From Candidatus Sulfotelmatobacter sp. (lineage in GTDB: Bacteria; Pseudomonadota; Alphaproteobacteria; Ferrovibrionales; Ferrovibrionaceae), in assembly GCA_035523835.1 (NCBI GenBank), contig DATKQA010000417.1:1-27088 (forward strand): DNA of 27,088 nt, written 5' to 3'. Positions 7,407 to 15,236 of this stretch are shown in pieces. The notes beneath the pieces were generated by a model. That model did not search any database and was not told where the DNA came from. It saw only the letters and a list, made by a program, of their open reading frames with translations. The position numbers and the translations under genes were made by a program. The stretch's first letter is position 1. Each line of letters starts with the position of its first letter.

Positions 7407-9212
7407 TCAGGCCGCGCCGGCGATGCGCGCCTCGATCAGGCTTTCCAGGGCCTGGAAGATGCGCGGCACGTAGCGGTGCTTGTAGGGATAGGCTGCGATC
7501 GGATCCATCAGATGCACGATCATGCCGACATCGACTTCGAACAGCAGCAGGCGATTGTCGGCGGTGATCGAGCAGTCGATGCCGAAATAGTCGAGGCCGA
7601 CCGTCTGGCCGATCGCCTCCAGCGCGTGCTGCAGCGAGGCGTCGAACCGATGGCTGTGGTCGGCGAGGAAATGGCTCTCCTCGCGGCGCTTCCAGTCGCT
7701 GTCCATGTCGGCGTTGTAGTAGTGCACCATCCAGTGCCTGGAGATCGCGAGATGGAAGGGATAGGGCACGCCGCCGATGTAGATGAAGCGGTACTTCCGG
7801 TAGTGGCCGTCGCCGTTGGCGTAATCGACGAAATCGGTGACGTAGAACTCGTCCGCCGCGACCTCGGCGAGATAGCCGGCGAGCTGGTCCCCGTTGTCGA
7901 TCTTCGCCAGGTCGTTGCCGGCATGGGCGCCGGCGGGCCGGATCAGCAGGGGCAGGGCGGCACCGCCCGCCGTCAGAAAACGGTCGAACGACGGGGCGGC
8001 GAGATCGCGCCGCGCGGCGCGGCGCACCCGGGGGATCACGCAATGCCCGATGCCCCGGAGCTTCGCCGCCATGTGGTCGCGCGTGGTCTCCAGCACCCGC
8101 TTGGGGTCGTTGAGCCACGGCTTCCGCATGGTGCCGATGAGGCGCTCGGCCAGCAGCAGGTTCGACCTCACCGCGTCGGGCTCGGCGATGGCGTTGAAGA
8201 CGATGTCGCAGGGCGGCAGCGCGGCGCTGCCGGCTGCGTCATCGCAGACATAGTAGGTGTGCAGGTTGTTGCGCGCCTTGTCGAACAGGAAGTCGGTCGG
8301 GATATTGGCCTGCCAGTCGCCGGGCGCGTTCAGGATGAGAATGTTGCGGGCCGTCGTCGCCGCGCCGCTCCATTCGCTGAAGACGCGCTTCACCTGCAAG
8401 GCTTGGCGCTGGTGGGCGAGCGCCGTTGCCTTGTCGCCGAGCGCCTGGGCGATGGCATAGATCGCCATGTGCACGTCGGCGAGTGTCGGATCGATCTCGA
8501 CGGCGCGGCGGAAGGCCTGCATCGCCTCGTCGAGCTTGTATTGCTGGCGCAGGATGCTGGCGAGGCCGACATGGGCCTCGGTCTGCCGAGGATCGATGGC
8601 GAGCGCGCGGCGAAAGGCTTCGATCGCTTCCGCGGGCCGCCCGGCCTCGGCCAGGGCCACGCCGAGGTTGTTGTGCAGCTCGGCCCGGTCGGGATGCAGC
8701 GCCACCAGGCGGGCGAACGCCGCGATGGCCGCATCCAGCTCGCCCTTCTGCCGCAGGGCGCCGCCGAGGCGGTTCAGGGCCTCGGCGTAATCGGGCCGCA
8801 GGATCGTCGCCGCGCGAAATGCGGCAATGGCCGCATCGAGGCTCCCCTGCTCCAGCAGGGCTGTGCCGAGGCTGTTCTGCAGCGTGGCATTGGCCGGGTC
8901 GAGCGCGATCGCTTCCCGATAGGCGGCGAGCGCTTCCGCCGATCGGCCGAGCCTGCGCAGGGCGTGGCCGAGGTTGGCCAGGGCCTCGCGATAGCCCGGC
9001 TTCAGGCCGACGGCACGCCCGATCAGGTCCGCCGCCAGGGCGGCATCGCCGGCGCGGAAGGCGATGACGCCGTTGAGATGCAGCGCCTCCGCATAGGCCG
9101 GATCGTCGGGCGGCACGTTCCGGCAGGCGGCCAGCGCTTCGGTTTGCCTGCCGGCCTTGAAATACGTCAAGGCGTTCTGGATTTCCTGGCGGGATGATTG
9201 CTGCAGCGACAT
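7407..9212 (-). CDS. TPR-repeat / ATP-grasp (RimK/GshB-like) ligase fusion, 601 aa
   Basis: The N-terminal ~270 aa are TPRs (ALANLGHAL, LHNNLGVAL, AHVGLASIL). The C-terminal part has ATP-grasp-like segments WLNDPKRVLETTRD, PLLIRPAGAHAGNDL, YVTDFVD, RKYRFIYIGG and GLDYFGIDC...LLFEVD. Confidence 0.75.
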   Translation of the reverse strand: MSLQQSSRQEIQNALTYFKAGRQTEALAACRNVPPDDPAYAEALHLNGVIAFRAGDAALAADLIGRAVGLKPGYREALANLGHALRRLGRSAEALAAYREAIALDPANATLQNSLGTALLEQGSLDAAIAAFRAATILRPDYAEALNRLGGALRQKGELDAAIAAFARLVALHPDRAELHNNLGVALAEAGRPAEAIEAFRRALAIDPRQTEAHVGLASILRQQYKLDEAMQAFRRAVEIDPTLADVHMAIYAIAQALGDKATALAHQRQALQVKRVFSEWSGAATTARNILILNAPGDWQANIPTDFLFDKARNNLHTYYVCDDAAGSAALPPCDIVFNAIAEPDAVRSNLLLAERLIGTMRKPWLNDPKRVLETTRDHMAAKLRGIGHCVIPRVRRAARRDLAAPSFDRFLTAGGAALPLLIRPAGAHAGNDLAKIDNGDQLAGYLAEVAADEFYVTDFVDYANGDGHYRKYRFIYIGGVPYPFHLAISRHWMVHYYNADMDSDWKRREESHFLADHSHRFDASLQHALEAIGQTVGLDYFGIDCSITADNRLLLFEVDVGMIVHLMDPIAAYPYKHRYVPRIFQALESLIEARIAGAA

Positions 9213-9260
9213 GCGAGGGATACCGCCTGGTTGACTTGAGCGAGCTCGGCGCCTGCCGCC

Positions 9261-9746
9261 TCAGACCCTTTGATCGAGCGCCAGCGAGGTCGGCCGGGCG
9301 ACGCGGTAGTTCGGCGTGACCGGGCGCATGGTGGCGTGCTTGTCGTAGCCGCTGACCGGACGGTTTCGCTTCGCCACCTCGTCGCCGATGCTCTTCACCA
9401 CCCGCTCGGTCACCACACGCATGGCGTTGACCTTGCGGCCGTTCTCCTCGATCAGACGGCGGAAACGCTGGGTGACCTCCCGGAGCCGGGCGACATCGGC
9501 CGGCGCCGCACCCTGCAGGCGGCCGGGGTCCTTGTTGATGCTCGCCATCTCGCGCGCATACATTGCCGCCAGCCGCTGCTTCTCGTCGATCTGCTTGCTC
9601 AGATCCTTCGGCCGGCGCTGACTCAGCAGCGCGTTCTCGGCGGTGATCAGGTCGATCAGCCGCTCCGTGATCAGGATCAGCGTGTCGAGCGAGCCGAGGC
9701 GCACGGCGCCGTTGCCGGCGGGCGGGGACTGCGGTGCGGCGCTCAT
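9261..9746 (-). CDS. FlgN-like flagellar export chaperone (FlbY position), 161 aa
   Basis: Helical LIDLITAENALL...EKQRLAAMY pattern. It directly follows flgI-flgJ with a 4-nt overlap, the position flbY occupies in Caulobacter. Confidence 0.65.
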   Translation of the reverse strand: MSAAPQSPPAGNGAVRLGSLDTLILITERLIDLITAENALLSQRRPKDLSKQIDEKQRLAAMYAREMASINKDPGRLQGAAPADVARLREVTQRFRRLIEENGRKVNAMRVVTERVVKSIGDEVAKRNRPVSGYDKHATMRPVTPNYRVARPTSLALDQRV

Positions 9747-10075
9747 CGGCCGCCCTCCTGCAACCGCACCATCTCCTGATAGACGGCGCTGGCGATGCCG
9801 ATGCCGCCGTGCCGCGTGACCTGCTTGCCATATTGCTCGCTCAACATGGAGCGGATGATGTTTTCGGCCTGGCCGCCGCCGAAGTTGGGATCGGCCTGCA
9901 CGCTCTCGTTCATCAATTCAAACATCTGGTTCAGGAACATGGATTCGAAGCCTCGGGCGGTGCGCCACATCTTGGCCGCGTTGCCGGGATGCAGGTTGAT
10001 GCTCGGCTGGGCGGCGGTCGGCAGGCCCTGCAGGGTCGGCGACGACAGGGTGGCGAGAGGTGCGGCCGCGTCCAT
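9743..10075 (-). CDS. flgJ: FlgJ, rod-binding domain only (no muramidase), 110 aa
   Basis: ARGFESMFLNQMFELM...FGGGQAENIIRSMLSEQYGKQVTRHGGIGIASAVYQEM. Start ATG at 10075 overlaps the flgI stop (TGATG). Confidence 0.85.
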   Translation of the reverse strand: MDAAAPLATLSSPTLQGLPTAAQPSINLHPGNAAKMWRTARGFESMFLNQMFELMNESVQADPNFGGGQAENIIRSMLSEQYGKQVTRHGGIGIASAVYQEMVRLQEGGR

Positions 10076-11409
10076 CAGCGCACCACGATCTCGGCCTGGA
10101 GGGCGCCGGCGGTCTTCACCGTCTGCAGGATCGAGATCATGTCGCGCGGGCCGATGCCGAGCGCGTTCAGGCCGTTGACCAGTTCTTCCAGGCTGACGCT
10201 CGCCGGCAGCACGCCGAGGCGCTTGTCCTTGCCTTCGTCGACCTGGATGTCGGTGCGCGGCACCACCACGGTCTGCGCGCCGCCGCCGATCTGGCCCGGG
10301 GTCGCCGACTGGCCAGGGACGCCGGTGCCCGGGATCGCCTGCGGCACCAGGTCGAAGATCGGCTGGCCGTTGGGCGTGAGGGCCGGGGTTCCGTTGGCAT
10401 TGAGCCGCTGCACCTCGAGGTTGCCGACCGAGGCGCTGGTGCCGGCGATGCCGGGCTGGCCCTGCACCACGCCGGGGCCGGGCGCGAAGGCGTTGGGCTG
10501 CGACACCTGTGGCGTCTCGGTGATGCGGATGGTGAGGTTGCCCTGGGCGATGGCGACGGTCGAGATGCGCACGTCCTTGCCCATGACGATGATGCCGTTG
10601 TTCTCGTCGATCACCACGCGCGCTTCTTGATCCGGTTCGACCTTGAGGTCTTCCACGTCGCTCAGCAGGCCGACGACATTGTTGTGGTAGCTGGCCGGCA
10701 CGGTGAGCAGCACGGTCGTCGGGTCGAGCAGCTTGGCCGCCGGCGTGCCGAGATAGGAATTCATCGCCTGCGCCATGCGGCGCGCGGTGGTGAGGTCGGG
10801 ATTGCGCAGCGCGACGCGGATCGACGTCATCTGCGACAGTTCGAAGCCGACCTCGCGCTCGACGATGGCGCCCGAGGCGATGCGGCCGGTGGTCGGCACC
10901 CCCTTGGTGATCGAGGCCGCCTGGCCGCTGGCGGTGAAGCCGCCGATGGTGACCGGGCCTTGCGCCACGGCATAGACCTCGCCGTCGGCGCCCATCAGCG
11001 GGGTGACCAGCAGCACGCCGCCCTGCAGGCTCTTGGCATCGCCGATGGCGCTGATGGTGACGTCGATGTGGCCGCCCTGGCGGGCGAAGGGCGGCAGGGT
11101 CGCGGTCACCATCACCGCGGCGATATTGGCCGGATCGGTGGAGGTGCTGGCGCGGATATTGACGCCCATGCGCTCCAGCATGGCCTGCAGGCTCTGCAGG
11201 GTCATCGGCGAATTGCGCACGGAGTCGCCGGTGCCGTTCAGGCCGACCACCAGGCTGTAGCCGATCAGCATGTTCTCGCGGATGCCCTCGAAATCGGCAA
11301 TGTCCTTGATGCGCGAGGTGGCGCAGGCTTCGCCGGCGCTGCACAGCAGGCAAAGCAGGCCGAGCAGGCCAAGAAGGGGGCGGATCGTTCGAATGCGCGA
11401 AGAGGTCAT
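10075..11409 (-). CDS. flgI: Flagellar P-ring protein FlgI (444 aa, carrying a ~65-aa insertion)
   Basis: RIKDIADFEGIRENMLIGYSLVVGLNGTGD, NIAAVMVTATLPPF, DAKSLQGGVLLVTPL and LVNGLNALGIGPRDMISILQTVKTAGALQAEI. Start moved to ATG 11409 (signal peptide follows; the sigma54 site lies inside the longer track ORF). Confidence 0.96.
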   Translation of the reverse strand: MTSSRIRTIRPLLGLLGLLCLLCSAGEACATSRIKDIADFEGIRENMLIGYSLVVGLNGTGDSVRNSPMTLQSLQAMLERMGVNIRASTSTDPANIAAVMVTATLPPFARQGGHIDVTISAIGDAKSLQGGVLLVTPLMGADGEVYAVAQGPVTIGGFTASGQAASITKGVPTTGRIASGAIVEREVGFELSQMTSIRVALRNPDLTTARRMAQAMNSYLGTPAAKLLDPTTVLLTVPASYHNNVVGLLSDVEDLKVEPDQEARVVIDENNGIIVMGKDVRISTVAIAQGNLTIRITETPQVSQPNAFAPGPGVVQGQPGIAGTSASVGNLEVQRLNANGTPALTPNGQPIFDLVPQAIPGTGVPGQSATPGQIGGGAQTVVVPRTDIQVDEGKDKRLGVLPASVSLEELVNGLNALGIGPRDMISILQTVKTAGALQAEIVVR

Positions 11410-11451
11410 GGCGTTTTGCCGGGCCCGGGAAACTGAACTCGCTTTCCCATA

Positions 11452-11466
11452 GCGAATCCCGTGCCA
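11452..11466 (-). promoter_or_regulatory. Sigma54 promoter of the flgI operon
   Basis: Minus strand TGGCAC-GGGAT-TCGC, 42 nt upstream of ATG 11409. Confidence 0.75.
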
Positions 11467-11530
11467 CCAGGACACCGAACCAACGCCTTTGAATTCGTTG
11501 GAGATTTATGTGGCGGGGGCGATCCGTCCG

Positions 11531-11563
11531 GGCAATTCCTGCGGCCGGTGGGCAGACTTTGCC
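11531..11563. promoter_or_regulatory. ftr-like elements between flgI and fliX
   Basis: GGC-AGACTTT-GCC(GGG) at 11551-11563 and imperfect GGC-AATTCCT-GCG at 11531-11543. Confidence 0.65.
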
Positions 11564-11568
11564 GGGTC

Positions 11569-11584
11569 TTTACGGCCTGTTAAC
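11569..11584 (+). promoter_or_regulatory. CtrA box upstream of fliX
   Basis: TTTA-CGGCCTG-TTAAC. Confidence 0.7.
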
Positions 11585-11639
11585 GCTCGCGGGGCACACT
11601 GCGGGCAGCCACGGCGTCATGCAGGTATCAGGCCGCGCC

Positions 11640-12053
11640 ATGAAAATTTCCGGTCCCGGACCGCTCGTTCCAGCTTCCGTGCGGCGCGCCAACCGGCCTT
11701 CCGGCGAGGCGGAAGAGGGCTTCGCCACCCACCTGCCCGGCGAGGAGACCCAGGCCGCCGCCGTCGGCGCGGCGGCGCGCCTTGCGCCGACCAATAACCT
11801 CTTGGCATTGCAGGAAATTGCCGACGCCACCCACTCCCGCCGGCGGGCCGTCCGGCGCGGCAAGGACCTGCTCGACCGCCTGGACGAGATCCGCCATGCG
11901 CTGCTGCTCGGCTCGATCGCCCCCGAGCGGCTGGTGTCGCTGGCCCGCATGCTCAGGGACCAGCGCAGCACGATCGATGATCCCCGGCTGCTGGCCGTAC
12001 TCGACGAGATCGAATTGCGCGCGGCGGTCGAGCTCGCCAAACTCGGTCACTGA
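11640..12053 (+). CDS. fliX: Flagellar assembly regulator FliX (FlbD partner), 137 aa
   Basis: MKISGPG...NLLALQE...RRRAVRRGKDLLDRLDEIRHALLLG...LDEIELRAAVELAKL. Divergent from flgI and upstream of dksA, as in Caulobacter. An alternative start exists at 11619. Confidence 0.9.
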   Translation: MKISGPGPLVPASVRRANRPSGEAEEGFATHLPGEETQAAAVGAAARLAPTNNLLALQEIADATHSRRRAVRRGKDLLDRLDEIRHALLLGSIAPERLVSLARMLRDQRSTIDDPRLLAVLDEIELRAAVELAKLGH

Positions 12054-12102
12054 GCCGAAATCAATGGCTTTTTTCGGTCCGGCGGCCGGTTGCAAGGAAT
12101 TC

Positions 12103-12138
12103 TTGCAGGCCGCAGGTCGTCTCCATATACTCCGCGCC
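12103..12138 (+). promoter_or_regulatory. Sigma70-type promoter of dksA with a GC-rich discriminator
   Basis: TTGCAG-N17-TATACT followed by CCGCGCC. The -35 overlaps the inverted repeat TGCAAG-N5-CTTGCA (12091-12107). Confidence 0.65.
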
Positions 12139-12182
12139 GAAATCCGGTTCCGACTGAAATCCGTGATTTCCTGGGGTAGGTA

Positions 12183-12599
12183 ATGGGAATACACTTGCCT
12201 GCAAATTATCGGCCGTCCGATGACGAGCCGTTTATGAACGCCAAACAAGTCGAGTATTTCCGTCGGAAACTCTTACGTTGGCGTGATGAAATTCTAGCCG
12301 AATCCAATCTTACACTTCAGCACCTGCAGGAAGATACGGTACAGGAACCGGATATTGCTGACCGGGCTTCGACGGAATCCGAGCGATCTCTTGAACTTCG
12401 CACTCGCGACCGGCAGCGCAAATTGATCGGCAAGATCAATGCCGCGCTGCGCCGCATCGACGACGGCTCCTACGGCTATTGCGAGGAGACCGGCGAGCCG
12501 ATCAGCCTGCGCCGGCTCGAGGCGCGGCCGATCGCCACCCTGTCGATCGAGGCGCAGGAACGTCACGAGCGCCGGGAAAAGACCTACCGGGACGAGTAG
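12183..12599 (+). CDS. dksA: RNA polymerase-binding transcription factor DksA (alphaproteobacterial one-Cys type)
   Basis: FMNAKQVEYFRRKL, PDIADRAS (DxxDxA tip) and DGSYGYCEETGEPISLRRLEARPIATLSIEAQE. Confidence 0.96.
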   Translation: MGIHLPANYRPSDDEPFMNAKQVEYFRRKLLRWRDEILAESNLTLQHLQEDTVQEPDIADRASTESERSLELRTRDRQRKLIGKINAALRRIDDGSYGYCEETGEPISLRRLEARPIATLSIEAQERHERREKTYRDE

Positions 12600-12634
12600 G
12601 CGGGCGGTCAGCGCGCTAAGCCGGTCTCACCCGC

Positions 12635-13402
12635 TCAGAACGGGAACAGGACGTCGAACACCTGCTGGCCGTAGCGGGCCTGCTGCACGTCGGTCAATTG
12701 ACCGTGGCCGCCGTAGGAGATTCGCGCCTCGGCGATCTGGGTGTGGTTGATGGTGTTGGTCGCGGTGATGTCCTCCGGCCGCACCACGCCGGAGATGGTG
12801 AGCTCGCGCACCTCGAAGTTCACCCGCACCTCCTGGCGGCCGTAGATCACCAGATTGCCGTTCGGCAATACCTGGGTGACCAGGGCGGCGATCGTCAGGT
12901 TGATCGTTTCCGAGCGCGCCACCGTGCCGCCGCCGGTGCTGTTGCTGGTGGAGTTCAGGTTGACGGCGTTCGCCGGGTCGATGCCGTGGAAGACGCGGCC
13001 GATGGCGCCGCCGGCGGCCTCGGCGCCGAGGAAGTTCGGGATCGCCGCGGTCTCGGCATTGTTGCGCGAGCGGGTGGTCGTGTCGGCGACGTTGGCGGTA
13101 TCGGCGACGGCGACATTGACGGTCAGGATGTCGCCGACCTTGGACGCGCGCTGGTCCTTGAAGAACTGCCGAGCGCCGGGGCGCCACAGGCTGTTGGCCT
13201 GGCGGACCAGCGGTTCCGGTTTCGGCATCGGCAGGCTGACCGGCTTGTAGTCCTTCTTTTCCGTCGGGTCGTCGATTTTGCTCATCTTCGGCGCCTCGCC
13301 GATGTTGGCCAGGCGATCGGCCATGTTGCAGCCGCTGGCCAGGAGGCCGAGGGCCAGGCAGAGCGGCAGTTTGCGAAGACCAGAAACGCTACGGAGCGGC
13401 AT
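12635..13402 (-). CDS. flgH: Flagellar L-ring lipoprotein FlgH
   Basis: Lipobox LLASGC; NSLW, FFKDQRASKVGDILTV, VTQVLPNGNLVIYGRQEVRVN, GVVRPEDI and IAEARISYGG. Confidence 0.96.
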   Translation of the reverse strand: MPLRSVSGLRKLPLCLALGLLASGCNMADRLANIGEAPKMSKIDDPTEKKDYKPVSLPMPKPEPLVRQANSLWRPGARQFFKDQRASKVGDILTVNVAVADTANVADTTTRSRNNAETAAIPNFLGAEAAGGAIGRVFHGIDPANAVNLNSTSNSTGGGTVARSETINLTIAALVTQVLPNGNLVIYGRQEVRVNFEVRELTISGVVRPEDITATNTINHTQIAEARISYGGHGQLTDVQQARYGQQVFDVLFPF

Positions 13403-13429
13403 TGCGACTACCCTTGAAACGTCACGCGG

Positions 13430-14425
13430 TTACGGCAGGTCGGCTCGTGCCGGCACGCCGAGGGCGACCTGGCTGGCGCCGACGGCGACCAGATTGTGGC
13501 CGACCACCATGGCGACCACGGTCTTGTGGCTTTGAATGTTCTGCACCTGGATCATGTCGCCCTTGCCGCCTTCGTCGACGGCGCGGCCGGTGGCGGTCAG
13601 CGTCATGTTCGGCGCCGACACGGTCATGGTGATGAGCGCGCCCTTGGCCACCAGAATGGGACGGTCGACGTCGCCGATCCGAATCTGGGTTTCGGCGGAC
13701 AGGCCGCGCTTCGGCGATTTGCCGATCAGGTCGTTGGCATCGGTAATGGTATTGCGGTCGACCCGCTCCATCGGCACGTCGAGCCAGGCGATGTCGTTGC
13801 GGCTGATGACATGGTCGGGGCCGAAGCGGTCGCGCAGCACCGGTATATGGGCCATGCGGAGCGCGCGGCCGAGCACCTGCACGCGGGTGGCCTCGGGGTC
13901 GTCGGCGGGCGCCGCCAGCATGACGGTGAAGCGTTCCGAGCGCGGATCGTAGTCGATATCGTCGACGCGCACGGTCGCCGGGGCGTCATGCGCGACGGCA
14001 AGCGTCAGCAGCGGATTGGCGAGCTGCACGGAGATGTTGCGGTCGCCGGAATAGTCGATCAGCGCCTTGGTGATCTGGTCGATGATCTCCTTGTGCGGCA
14101 CCAGTTTGCCGCCGCGGGTCACGCTGACCACGCGAAGCCCGGGATCGGGTTCCCAGTTCAGGCCGACGGCGTGGGCCGCGCCCTGGAGCTGGTCGACGCT
14201 GAAGCGGAGCGTTTCGCCCGGCGCCGGCGCCGGGGCGAAGTCGGTCTTGGCGGCCTTGCCGGCGCCCTCGAAGATATCGCCGAAGGTGATCTCGTCGGCG
14301 TCGACGAAGATGGTGTTGCGCAGATGCGGCGCGCTCTCCGGCGTGGCGCCGAAGGCGACGCGGCCGAGCGCCGAGACGGCAAGCAGGAGCGTGAAGGCGG
14401 CGGCGATCAGCAGTCGGTAAGCCAT
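13430..14425 (-). CDS. flgA: P-ring assembly chaperone FlgA (331 aa)
   Basis: Signal peptide, SAF-like segment (VISRNDI...LIGKSPKRGL) and PILVAKGALITM...LTATGRAVDEGGKGDMIQVQNIQSHKTV; lies between flgG and flgH. Confidence 0.9.
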   Translation of the reverse strand: MAYRLLIAAAFTLLLAVSALGRVAFGATPESAPHLRNTIFVDADEITFGDIFEGAGKAAKTDFAPAPAPGETLRFSVDQLQGAAHAVGLNWEPDPGLRVVSVTRGGKLVPHKEIIDQITKALIDYSGDRNISVQLANPLLTLAVAHDAPATVRVDDIDYDPRSERFTVMLAAPADDPEATRVQVLGRALRMAHIPVLRDRFGPDHVISRNDIAWLDVPMERVDRNTITDANDLIGKSPKRGLSAETQIRIGDVDRPILVAKGALITMTVSAPNMTLTATGRAVDEGGKGDMIQVQNIQSHKTVVAMVVGHNLVAVGASQVALGVPARADLP

Positions 14426-14435
14426 CAGAAATCTC

Positions 14436-15221
14436 CTAGCGGAGCTGGGTGATGTCTTGCAGCATCTGGTCCGAGGTCGTGATGACCTTGGAGTTCATTT
14501 CATAGGCGCGCTGCGCGGTGATGAGATTGCTGATCTCGTTCACCGGATCGACGTTGGAAGTTTCCAGGAATCCCTGCTGGATGGTGCCGTAGCCAGGCGA
14601 GCCGGGGGTGGCGAGCTGGGCGGCACCGGAGGAAGCCGATTCCAGCACCAGGTTCTGGCCCATGGCCTCGAGGCCGGCGTCGTTCGGGAAGATGGCGAGG
14701 TTGAGCTGGCCAACGGTTTGCGGATTGACCTGGTTGGCGATGGAGACCTGCACCAGGCCGGTGTTGCTGATGCTGACGCTGGTGGCGTTCGGCGGCACGG
14801 TGATGGTCGGCTGCACCAGGTAGCCGTCCTGGGTGACGATCTGCCCGGTCGGGCTGAGCTGGAACGAACCGTCGCGCGTGTAGGCGAGGGCGTTGCCGGG
14901 AAGCTGGATCTGGAAGTAGCCCTTGCCCTGGATCGCCAGGTCGAGCGAATTGGAGGTCGAGGTCAGGTTGCCCTGCTGCGTGATGCGGTAGACCGCGCCG
15001 GTCTTGACGCCGACGCCGACCTGGATGCCGGCCGGCACCACCGTGCCGGAATCGGAGGAGGACGAGCCGATGCGGCGAAGATCCTGGTACAGCAGGTCCT
15101 GGAACTCCGGTCGCTGGGTCTTGAACGCCGTCGTGTTCATGTTGGCGATGTTGTTGGAAATCACTTCGACGTTGGTTTCCTGGGCCAACATGCCGGTGGC
15201 GGCGATGCTTAAGGAACGCAT
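14436..15221 (-). CDS. flgG: Distal rod protein FlgG
   Basis: MRSLSIAATGMLAQETNVEVISNNIANMNTTAFK, DLAIQGKGYFQI, YTRDGSF and GFLETSNVDPVNE. Confidence 0.97.
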   Translation of the reverse strand: MRSLSIAATGMLAQETNVEVISNNIANMNTTAFKTQRPEFQDLLYQDLRRIGSSSSDSGTVVPAGIQVGVGVKTGAVYRITQQGNLTSTSNSLDLAIQGKGYFQIQLPGNALAYTRDGSFQLSPTGQIVTQDGYLVQPTITVPPNATSVSISNTGLVQVSIANQVNPQTVGQLNLAIFPNDAGLEAMGQNLVLESASSGAAQLATPGSPGYGTIQQGFLETSNVDPVNEISNLITAQRAYEMNSKVITTSDQMLQDITQLR

Positions 15222-15236
15222 GACGATAAATCCCCG

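Noticed and set aside
5756-9197. Long plus-strand ORFs 5756..7567 and 7227..9197
   Set aside because: Shadows of the decarboxylase and TPR-ATP-grasp genes, which carry the family motifs on the minus strand.
9743-10075. FlgJ lacking the muramidase domain as a pseudogene or novelty
   Set aside because: Single-domain FlgJ is the established norm in Alphaproteobacteria.
9743-11467. 574-aa ORF as a possible flgI-flgJ fusion or frameshift product
   Set aside because: Only the last 110 codons look like FlgJ. The rest is an Arg-rich off-frame read of flgI, and the TGATG overlap explains the coupling.
12470-12560. DksA lacking the four-Cys zinc finger
   Set aside because: One-Cys, zinc-independent DksA is established for Alphaproteobacteria.
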